Of a DNA stretch of 32,321 nucleotides, positions 8,096-15,542 are shown one piece after another; position 1 is the first letter of the stretch; every line of letters starts with the position of its first letter. The stretch is from a virus (Duplodnaviria > Caudoviricetes), in the IMG/VR virus record IMGVR_UViG_3300047272_000039, positions 1 through 32,321 of that record; one strand, written 5' to 3'. Position numbers and translations under genes: made by a program. The notes under the pieces were generated by a model that did no database searches, was not told the origin of the DNA, and was given only the letters and a program-made list of their open reading frames with translations.

Positions 8096-8367
8096 ACGCC
8101 GGTGACTTTCTCAACGAAGCAAGAGCAACAATCGAGGATCGTGGAATGGACTACGGTCACCCGACAGACAATATGTCCCGAACTGCATCACTTTGGTCTG
8201 CATACCTCGAAATGCCGGTTACGGATTACCAAGTGGCGATGTGTTTGGCGCTGGTCAAAGTCGCAAGAAGTATGGAGACATCAAAGGTCGATAATTACAT
8301 CGACGGAAGCGCCTACTTTGCTATATCAGGACAACTAAGGTCAGAGGAGAACGATTTATATGTGTGA
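8092..8367 (+). CDS. DUF6378-like phage protein
   Basis: R..DYGHP..N..RTA.LWSAYL...VAMCLALVK.AR....DNYID...Y pattern. Confidence 0.7.
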   Translation: MNAGDFLNEARATIEDRGMDYGHPTDNMSRTASLWSAYLEMPVTDYQVAMCLALVKVARSMETSKVDNYIDGSAYFAISGQLRSEENDLYV

Positions 8368-8425
8368 TGAATCTTGTCCATGCTTCTATTTTGGCTCTTG
8401 CCCTAACGATGAGGAGAATGAATAA
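8360..8425 (+). CDS. Cys-rich micropeptide, 21 aa (MCDESCPCFYFGSCPNDEENE)
   Basis: RBS GAGGAG; TAATG coupling to next gene; CPCFYFGSC conserved in unit B with synonymous codons. Confidence 0.7.
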   Translation: MCDESCPCFYFGSCPNDEENE

Positions 8426-9120
8426 TGTTTGATTTAAGCCAGTACGAAACAGTAGATCAGAGATTGGAAAAGTTTTGGGTAAAGTATCCAGACGGAGCGA
8501 TTATTACAGAATTGGTGGCACACAAAGATGATCGATTTATATTTAAAGCGAGTGTATATAAGACTTATGCAGACGCTATACCGTTTGCCACAGGGTTCGC
8601 TGAGGAAATCGTTGCTGGTAGAGGTGTTAATTCTACTTCTGCATGCGAAAATGCTGAGAGTTCGGCTATTGGCAGGGCGCTACACACGGGCGGTATATCA
8701 AAGCACTCAGACGGAAAGCCTAGGGCGAGCGTTCACGAAATGGCTAAGGTTAATCGAGCCCTTGAAGTAAAGGCTGAGGTTGCACAAGTAAAGGCTAAGA
8801 TGGCTGAGACATCAAAGGAATATGTACCAGTAGAAAAGGCAGATGATCCATGGACAATTTCAAGTGCTGCGCCGGTGACAACGGTGGAGCAAGCTGTAGA
8901 GACGGTCAAGGCTGTCCTTGGTGGCACCCCAGTGGACGAGAGTTGCGTTCATGGTGCGCGTGTTTGGAAAACCGGAACGACTAAAGCGGGAAAGCCGTGG
9001 GGGCATTGGAAGTGCAACGTTTCATGGCAGAACACCCAAGAGACACAATGCGATCCTATTTGGTACGAGATTGACAAAGAAACAGGTCAATGGAAGCCAC
9101 AGGTAAAAAAGAATGGGTAA
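8425..9120 (+). CDS. Rad52/Sak-like ssDNA-annealing protein with C-terminal Zn finger
   Basis: YETV..R...F, ATGFAEE, ENAESSAIGRAL motifs; C-terminal CxHG...WxC...C. Confidence 0.6.
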   Translation: MFDLSQYETVDQRLEKFWVKYPDGAIITELVAHKDDRFIFKASVYKTYADAIPFATGFAEEIVAGRGVNSTSACENAESSAIGRALHTGGISKHSDGKPRASVHEMAKVNRALEVKAEVAQVKAKMAETSKEYVPVEKADDPWTISSAAPVTTVEQAVETVKAVLGGTPVDESCVHGARVWKTGTTKAGKPWGHWKCNVSWQNTQETQCDPIWYEIDKETGQWKPQVKKNG

Positions 9121-9343
9121 GTTATTCTTTCGCAATCAGGATGATGAATGGGAGCAATTCCCTACAGATGAGCAGTTATTCATGGCTCAACAATCGGCGC
9201 ATGATTTACAAGCTCTAGGCTTTGCAATCATCTGCCAGTTATGCAATGAAGCTCCAACCGTGTCACAGATTAAGCAAAGAGCGTTACAGAACGCTTGGAA
9301 GTGTGACAAGTGCGGAACTCTTAACTCTGCTGGACGTGCATGA
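9113..9343 (+). CDS. Zn-ribbon protein (CxxC...CxxC)
   Basis: CQLC and CDKC; homolog in unit B. Confidence 0.7.
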   Translation: MGKLFFRNQDDEWEQFPTDEQLFMAQQSAHDLQALGFAIICQLCNEAPTVSQIKQRALQNAWKCDKCGTLNSAGRA

Positions 9344-9759
9344 CACGACACAGAAAAGACCGAGGTCTGCGTACTGAGCGAGTGGTTGCAGCCTATCTCT
9401 CGCAATGGTGGAGAAGCGCAGGCGTAGGTCGTGGAGCTGGAAAAGATATAACCAACGTCCCGTTCGACGTTGAGGTTAAGGCTAGATCGGCGTTCCAGCC
9501 ATTGGAGTGGCTGCGTCAAGCAACCAAGCGAGCAGGTGGCAAAGAGCTGCCTTTCGTGGTGTGTCGTATGAATGGACAGGGTGAGGATGCTTCCGAGTAT
9601 CTTGCTTTTATGCGGTTTGGTGATTTGGTGCAGCTACTCCTTCCAATTTACGGAGATATTCAGAAAGATTCGGTAGAATTAGAGCCTGAAAGATGCGCAA
9701 AGTGCGGATCATGGAAGTTGGTCGATGTGAAATGCAGGACATGTAATGCCAATCTATGA
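9340..9759 (+). CDS. Holliday junction resolvase-like PD-(D/E)XK nuclease with C-terminal Zn ribbon
   Basis: K.RG..TER, GKDI, DVEVK motifs. Confidence 0.7.
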   Translation: MTRHRKDRGLRTERVVAAYLSQWWRSAGVGRGAGKDITNVPFDVEVKARSAFQPLEWLRQATKRAGGKELPFVVCRMNGQGEDASEYLAFMRFGDLVQLLLPIYGDIQKDSVELEPERCAKCGSWKLVDVKCRTCNANL

Positions 9760-9934
9760 GTTTGAATGTAATAACGAGTCATGCGAGGCTAATGCACGCT
9801 ATGACAAAGAATTGAGTATCTCAGAGCCGCATGATCTAGATTGTCCGTTCTGCGGCGAGACTATGCGTAAGGTTTACAGCTCTGTTCCAGCAGTTCATTT
9901 CAAGGGATCAGGCTTCTATTCTACTGATAAATAG
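9746..9934 (+). CDS. FmdB-family zinc ribbon protein
   Basis: MPIYEFEC....C...CPFCG..MRKVYS....HFKGSGFYSTD signature. Confidence 0.85.
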   Translation: MPIYEFECNNESCEANARYDKELSISEPHDLDCPFCGETMRKVYSSVPAVHFKGSGFYSTDK

Positions 9935-9976
9935 TTATCCACATTTGGCAACAAGTTATCCACAGCCTGTTGATAG
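9935..9976. promoter_or_regulatory. DnaA-box cluster (candidate replication origin)
   Basis: TTATCCACA at 9935-9943 and 9956-9964; inverted 7/9 box TGTTGATAG at 9968-9976; identical in unit B. Confidence 0.75.
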
Positions 9977-9985
9977 GAGATTACT

Positions 9986-10456
9986 GTGAAACGAAACGCC
10001 GTTCTGACCAGCACTTATGCAAATGTACTTGACTGGCTTGGTACACTACAGGCTAGAGCCCTTAAAGGGGCTCACAGCGAGCCGCCTCAGCGTCGAGCTC
10101 GCTGGGTAGCCGCCGTTATTGGGATATCTCTATCTATAGTACCTAGTCCTATATCTCAAGGCTCAATAAAGCCATATCAGAACATTAGATTATTAGCTGA
10201 TTATCAATTAACAGAAGTACAAGAGAAATGCCATAACGAGATTATCTACAGAGAATCGAGATATGACATAGATGCTATTAATGGATCACATTATGGTTAT
10301 TACCAGATACGCAATAAGCGTGTTATAGATAAGCCTTATGATTACCAGTTCTACTTCTATTGGAAGTATGTAAGCCATAGATATGGAGTTACAGAGTATG
10401 ATGAGCCTGACTATTGTAAGGCGTTACATCATCTAAGAGTTAAGGGTTGGCAATGA
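9986..10456 (+). CDS. SLT/Rpf-like lytic transglycosylase with N-terminal hydrophobic segment
   Basis: RBS AGGAG plus GTG; C...I..ES....A.NGSHYGYYQ...Y...RYG...C.AL.H...GW lysozyme-like motifs. Confidence 0.7.
   Translation: MKRNAVLTSTYANVLDWLGTLQARALKGAHSEPPQRRARWVAAVIGISLSIVPSPISQGSIKPYQNIRLLADYQLTEVQEKCHNEIIYRESRYDIDAINGSHYGYYQIRNKRVIDKPYDYQFYFYWKYVSHRYGVTEYDEPDYCKALHHLRVKGWQ
10051..10111 (+). other. Conserved three-way-junction secondary structure inside the 5' part of the SLT ORF
   Basis: GCTA/TAGC closing stem; GAGCCC/GGGCTC; CAGCGAGC/GCTCGCTG (GAGCGAGC/GCTCGCTC in unit B, compensatory). Confidence 0.65.
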
Positions 10457-10794
10457 GCAGTAAGCGTAATGACCCTAGACTCTCAAGGAAGTATAAAGAG
10501 GTAAGGCTTAAGGCATTAGCTCGTGATGGTTGGACTTGCTTCTACTGCGGAGCAGAGGGCAAGGACATGACCATTGATCACATCATTCCAATTAGCAAAG
10601 CACCAGAGCTGGCTATTGATATTGAGAACATGGTCACAGCATGTAAGCCATGCAACAGCTCGAAGGGCTCACGCTCACAGGGCGTTTTTTTAGACAACAA
10701 GCGTACCCCCCCTGTTTTTCCTGCCTATCCCTCTCCGACACAGTCGGTAATCCACGAGGACAGTCCGTTTACAGCCAAACCAGTCGGGAACTAA
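10453..10794 (+). CDS. HNH endonuclease (packaging-associated, HK97 gp74-like position)
   Basis: RD...CFYCG, DHIIP, N...ACKPCN..KG; directly before TerL; start at ATGA overlap. Confidence 0.85.
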   Translation: MSSKRNDPRLSRKYKEVRLKALARDGWTCFYCGAEGKDMTIDHIIPISKAPELAIDIENMVTACKPCNSSKGSRSQGVFLDNKRTPPVFPAYPSPTQSVIHEDSPFTAKPVGN

Positions 10795-10798
10795 CCCG

Positions 10799-12220
10799 AT
10801 GGCTGCCAAACGATCCAAAGCCCTGCGTGGGGCAACCAAACCAAGGCTTCAATCAATACCTCTCAAAGGTCCAAACAAGCTGCAAGATGTAAAAGACCTT
10901 TGCGAGATTATCCAAATGCCGCTATTGCCGTGGCAGGAGTACGTGCTGAAGGATATGCTTACAGTAGATAAACAAGGCTTCTGGATAAGAAAGACCTGTC
11001 TTGCAATTCTGGCAAGGCAAAACGGCAAAACGCACCTAGCTCGCATGCTTATCCTTGCTCATTTGCTAAAGTGGGATAGTAAGAACATTTTAATCATGTC
11101 ATCGAACCGTTCAATGGCATTAGAGACATTCAGGCAAGTTGCCTCAATATTGGAGAGTAATGACCACCTTAAAGGATTCGTCAAACAGATACGTTACGCT
11201 AACGGAACTGAAAGCATTGAAATGCTCGATGGAACACGTCTTGACGTTGTTGCAGCCACTAGAGATGGCTCTCGTGGAAGAACCGCCGACTTTCTATATA
11301 TCGATGAACTTAGAGAAATTAACGAAGAAGGATATCGAGCAGCTATCCCAACTACGCGAGCGCGCCCAAATGCTCAAACATTACTTACAACTAACGCAGG
11401 AGACGCTTTCAGTACTGTCCTTAATGGAATGAGAGAACGGGCGTTAGAAAACCCGCCAAAGAGCTTTGGGTTTTATGAGTACAGCGCTCCCCAATACTGC
11501 AAGATTACAGACCGCCAAGGATGGGCTCAAGCGAACCCTGCACTTGGCTATACGATAAGCGAGGAAGCTCTTGAGGAAGCAGTTGCAACTAGCCCGATTG
11601 AAAACACTAGAACTGAGTTACTATGTCAATGGATTGATTCTCTCAGCTCTCCATGGCCGCATGGCGTACTTGAGGACACTTCCGATGCCTCGCTCACGAT
11701 TCCGGTCGGTGGCTATACAGTCTTTGCTTTTGATGTCAGTCCATCTCGCCGCAATGCAAGCCTCGTTGCTGGTCAGATACTTGCAGACGGCCGTATTGGC
11801 GTGGGAATACTCCAAACGTGGGAGTCACAGGTATCAGTCGATGATCTTAAAATCGCTGCGGACATCAAGGGCTGGGCTGACCAGTACCGACCTCGCCAAA
11901 TTTGTTTTGACAAATACACAGCCCAATCAATCGCAGACCGATTAACCAACGCAGGGCAAATGGTCATGGATATCTCAGGCGCTGCCTTCTATCAGGCTTG
12001 CGGCGATCTCCTTGATGCCTTAGTAAACCATCGCCTAGTTCATTCCGGTCAAGAGAATTGGGTTCAACAGATGAACAACTGCGCAGCCAAAACTAATGAC
12101 TCGTCATGGCGCATTGTTAAACGTAAGAGTGCCGGTGATGTATCAGGTGCTATCTCTACAGCGATGGTTGTTCACCAATTAACGAAACCACAACAGATAG
12201 CGGCTATTTACTCCGAATGA
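10799..12220 (+). CDS. terL: Terminase large subunit
   Basis: Walker A ARQNGKT; Walker B LYIDE; ANPALG; nuclease FDVS. Confidence 0.93.
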   Translation: MAAKRSKALRGATKPRLQSIPLKGPNKLQDVKDLCEIIQMPLLPWQEYVLKDMLTVDKQGFWIRKTCLAILARQNGKTHLARMLILAHLLKWDSKNILIMSSNRSMALETFRQVASILESNDHLKGFVKQIRYANGTESIEMLDGTRLDVVAATRDGSRGRTADFLYIDELREINEEGYRAAIPTTRARPNAQTLLTTNAGDAFSTVLNGMRERALENPPKSFGFYEYSAPQYCKITDRQGWAQANPALGYTISEEALEEAVATSPIENTRTELLCQWIDSLSSPWPHGVLEDTSDASLTIPVGGYTVFAFDVSPSRRNASLVAGQILADGRIGVGILQTWESQVSVDDLKIAADIKGWADQYRPRQICFDKYTAQSIADRLTNAGQMVMDISGAAFYQACGDLLDALVNHRLVHSGQENWVQQMNNCAAKTNDSSWRIVKRKSAGDVSGAISTAMVVHQLTKPQQIAAIYSE

Positions 12221-12233
12221 CCTACATGTAGTG

Positions 12234-12239
12234 TATAAT
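12234..12239 (+). promoter_or_regulatory. -10 element, probably leaderless portal transcript
   Basis: Intergenic TATAAT 8 nt before the ATG, no SD; conserved in unit B. Confidence 0.6.
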
Positions 12240-12247
12240 TGCACCCT

Positions 12248-13345
12248 ATGGGTCTCTTTTCGCGTAAGCCACAAGTAATCGAAGCGCAGTATGCACCGCA
12301 GGTAATGGGTGAGAACCTTCCGGCTCTTTACAACGCGATAATCCCACGAGTCTCTCGCCATGATGCGATGAGCGTTCCTTCAGTAGCTCGTGCCCGCAAT
12401 CTAATCTGCGGAACAGTTGCTTCTATCCCGCTTGAGTATTACAAGAAGTCCACAGGTGAAGTTATTGCCCCACCTCGTTGGATCACACAGCTTTCAAAGT
12501 CACAGCCTTCATTCGTAACCCTTACTTGGCTAGTGGACTCCCTAATGTTCTACGGCGTGGCTTATATGCTCGTTACAGAGCGTTACGCAGAGGACGGACG
12601 TCCAGCAAACTTTGAGTGGATTGCTAACACTCGCGTAACTTTCACAACAGACATTTACGGTATCCATGTAACTCAGTATTTCGTCGATGCTAACCCAATC
12701 GACATGAATGACATCGTTACCATTCAAGGATTCGATGAGGGAGTTCTAGATCGTGGCGGGCGCACTATTCAGGCTGCCATCGACGTAGAACGCGCATCTG
12801 CTCAGAACTCAGCAAATCCACAACCTGCTGGCTTCCTTAAGAACACAGGAGCAGACTTACCGCCAAACGAGGTGCAGGGTCTTATCGCAGCTTGGAAGCG
12901 CGCTCGTCAGAATAATTCGACAGCGTACCTAACTTCAACATTAGATTACTCACCAGTAGCATTTAGTCCAAAAGACATGATGTATAACGACGCAATTCAA
13001 AATCTATCTACTCAGATTGCTCGCCTTTGCAACGTACCTGCTTATTATCTTTCAGCAGATCAGAACACAACAATGACTTACGCCAACGTCCAAGATGAGC
13101 GCAAGCAATTCTTTGCTCTTAGCCTTGAGCCTTACATTCAGGCTATTCAGAGCCGTCTCTCAATGGACGATATCTCTACAGCAGGGCACGAGGTTCGTTT
13201 TGCAGTCTTTGACACATTCTTAAAGAACGATCCATTGGTTGAGATTCAGGTACTTGAGAAGCTCCTATCTTTAGGGCTTATCTCAACAGAGCAAGCGATG
13301 GAAATGACAGATTTAACTCCTAACGGATTGGAAGGACTAAGTTAA
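12248..13345 (+). CDS. Portal protein (HK97 family)
   Basis: AMSVPSVARARNLICGTVASIPL, IARLCNVP.Y, TYANV motifs; start set to ATG 12248 by comparison with unit B. Confidence 0.92.
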   Translation: MGLFSRKPQVIEAQYAPQVMGENLPALYNAIIPRVSRHDAMSVPSVARARNLICGTVASIPLEYYKKSTGEVIAPPRWITQLSKSQPSFVTLTWLVDSLMFYGVAYMLVTERYAEDGRPANFEWIANTRVTFTTDIYGIHVTQYFVDANPIDMNDIVTIQGFDEGVLDRGGRTIQAAIDVERASAQNSANPQPAGFLKNTGADLPPNEVQGLIAAWKRARQNNSTAYLTSTLDYSPVAFSPKDMMYNDAIQNLSTQIARLCNVPAYYLSADQNTTMTYANVQDERKQFFALSLEPYIQAIQSRLSMDDISTAGHEVRFAVFDTFLKNDPLVEIQVLEKLLSLGLISTEQAMEMTDLTPNGLEGLS

Positions 13346-14895
13346 TGGATCAGCTAATTATCGAAGCAGCCTCTATTGAGTGCAGCGAGGAACGTCGCGA
13401 AATCAGCGGCAAGATTGTTCCAATGGGTACAGGCGAAGTTGGCAACACCAATATGGGCGGCGTTGTATTTGAAGCCGGTTCAATCGATGTATCAGACATC
13501 TCTAAGATTAAGTTGCTATCACAGCACGATATGAAAAAGCCTGTAGGTCGCATGACAGCCGCAGAGGTTCGCCCTGACGGCATTTACGCAACCTTCAAGC
13601 TCTCACGTTCTACAGGCGGCAATGATGCACTTATCCAAGCACAAGAGGGTTTAGTATCCGGACTCTCTGTTGGTGCTGAAGTAATCGCATCAAAGCCATC
13701 ACGCGATGGACACATTGTCGTAAGTTCAGCTCGCCTCAAAGAGGTCAGCCTTGTCACCGAGCCGGCCTTCAAAACGGCACAGGTCTTACAAATTTCTGCA
13801 GAGGAATCAACTTCAGCAGAGGAAAACCCAATCCAACCAGAAAGCGAGCCACAAGTGGAAGACATTACCACTCCGGTAGAAGCTCCAGCAGTTGAAGCAG
13901 CAGCAGTCGAAGCCGCTCGCCCAACAGTTGCAGCGGCACTAACAGTAAAAGAGCGCACAGCTCCAATCACATCAGCACAATACCTTGAGGCATCAATCAA
14001 GGCAGCAATGGGTGACGATTCAGCTCGTCGCACAGTTCTTGCAGCTGACGATTCAACTTCAACAAACACAGGACTAACACTCCCACAGCACCTCAATGAA
14101 TTTGTTACAACAACATTCACAGGCCGCCCAGCATTCGAGGCAGTAACTCGTCAAGCACTTCCAGCATCAGGAATGTCATTCACAATTCCAAAGCTTGGAA
14201 CAGCTCCAACAGTTGCAGACACAGATGAAGGTGCTGCACCATCTGAAACAGGCATGACATCTACATACGACACAGTTACAGTAAACAAGTTTGCTGGACT
14301 TAACCGTGTTTCATGGGAACTCATTGATCGTTCATCTCCTGCATTCATGGAACTTCTCATGACAGAACTTCGCAAGGCTTACGAGAAGTCAACAGACGCA
14401 GCACTTATCGCAGCGTTCACAGCTTCAGGAACAGCAGCAACAGGCGTTGCAGCAACAGCAGCAGGACTTCAGAGCTTCATCTCTGTAGAATCAGCGGCAG
14501 CATACAAGAACACAGGCGGCAACTTTGCTAACAAGCTTGTTGCATCAACAGACCAGTGGGCTGCTATCTCAGGATACGCAGACACAACAGGTCGCGCACT
14601 CTACTCAGCACAGGGTCAGACAATGAACGCATCAGGCGCAGTTGTTCCTACATCTGTTGTAGGCAACGTACTTGGTACTTCACTTATCGTTGATCACAAT
14701 ATCGCTACATCAGGAATCGTTGATGAGTCAGCGTTCTTGGTTGCTCCAGAATCAGTATATGTATGGGAGTCTCCAACAACACAGCTCCGCCTTCAGGTTC
14801 TCCAGTCAGGTGAACTCGAAATCGCTCTCTACGGATACCTCGCAATTGGTGTTCTTAAGGGTGGCGCAGGAGTTCGTCGCTTCAACCTCGCGTAA
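13345..14895 (+). CDS. Prohead protease-major capsid protein fusion (HK97 fold)
   Basis: Protease motifs LLSQHD..PVGR, GLSVG, EVSLVTEPAF; Glu/Pro/Ala linker; capsid domain with EG..PSE, SWELIDRSSP. Confidence 0.9.
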   Translation: MDQLIIEAASIECSEERREISGKIVPMGTGEVGNTNMGGVVFEAGSIDVSDISKIKLLSQHDMKKPVGRMTAAEVRPDGIYATFKLSRSTGGNDALIQAQEGLVSGLSVGAEVIASKPSRDGHIVVSSARLKEVSLVTEPAFKTAQVLQISAEESTSAEENPIQPESEPQVEDITTPVEAPAVEAAAVEAARPTVAAALTVKERTAPITSAQYLEASIKAAMGDDSARRTVLAADDSTSTNTGLTLPQHLNEFVTTTFTGRPAFEAVTRQALPASGMSFTIPKLGTAPTVADTDEGAAPSETGMTSTYDTVTVNKFAGLNRVSWELIDRSSPAFMELLMTELRKAYEKSTDAALIAAFTASGTAATGVAATAAGLQSFISVESAAAYKNTGGNFANKLVASTDQWAAISGYADTTGRALYSAQGQTMNASGAVVPTSVVGNVLGTSLIVDHNIATSGIVDESAFLVAPESVYVWESPTTQLRLQVLQSGELEIALYGYLAIGVLKGGAGVRRFNLA

Positions 14896-14910
14896 GCGAA
14901 ATCTAGTACG

Positions 14911-14947
14911 CCGACAGGGGCGGCGGAGCCCTTCCGCCCCTGCTCGG
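14911..14947 (+). terminator. GC-rich hairpin after the capsid gene (terminator/attenuator or processing element)
   Basis: CAGGGGCGG/CCGCCCCTG stem; 10-nt loop CGGAGCCCTT; weak U tract. Confidence 0.6.
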
Positions 14948-14963
14948 TCTTAGAAAGGAAAAC

Positions 14964-15542
14964 ATGTCAATCACAACAGTTGCAGAGCTTCGCACAGCGC
15001 TAGGCGTTGGTACTCTCTACGCTGATGCCGTATTGCAAGAAGTTTGCGATGCTGCTGACAACGTTCTCCTTCCTTTCATTTGGGCTAACACGACTCCTGC
15101 GGTTGGACACAGCAATACAACCAACACAGGAACAACTTATTTTGATGAGCCAGTCCGAGACGTTTTTTACGTTGGACAGACTGTAGTTATTACAGGCTCA
15201 GGTTCTAAGCACAACGGAAGCAAGACAATCACCGAAGTTGGCGAGTATTCAATTACTTACGCCATTACCGGCAACAACAACACAGCGACACCATTCCACC
15301 CAGTTAATCCTTATGGCTTGGTCGCAGCAGAGACTTATTTAGATCCTTCAACAGTTCCAGCAATTCAAGAAGCAAGCCTGATGATTTCTATCGATATTTG
15401 GCAGAGCCGCCAAGCTCCTTCTAGCGGCGGAGTCTCCATTGATGGTTACACCCCTAGCCCTTACCGCATGGGAAACACTCTCATGGCTCGCGTTCGTGGC
15501 TTAATTGCTCCATATTTAGACCCTCGTTCAATGGTGGGCTAA
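14964..15542 (+). CDS. Head-tail adaptor with inserted beta domain
   Basis: TVAELR.ALG start; PAIQEASLMI...W.SRQ; V..LIAPY end; follows capsid gene. Confidence 0.75.
   Translation: MSITTVAELRTALGVGTLYADAVLQEVCDAADNVLLPFIWANTTPAVGHSNTTNTGTTYFDEPVRDVFYVGQTVVITGSGSKHNGSKTITEVGEYSITYAITGNNNTATPFHPVNPYGLVAAETYLDPSTVPAIQEASLMISIDIWQSRQAPSSGGVSIDGYTPSPYRMGNTLMARVRGLIAPYLDPRSMVG

Noticed and set aside
9911-9930. DnaA-trio unwinding element next to the DnaA boxes
   Set aside because: CTATTCTACT is not an in-phase trinucleotide run and is explained by FmdB codons; I could not identify an unwinding element
10029-10047. TTGACT/TTGACA plus TACACT as a sigma70 -35/-10 pair
   Set aside because: Spacer is only 7 bp; only the -10-like hexamer is retained as a possibility
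10748-10756. TAATCCACG as an additional DnaA box
   Set aside because: Isolated 7/9 match inside a CDS, expected by chance
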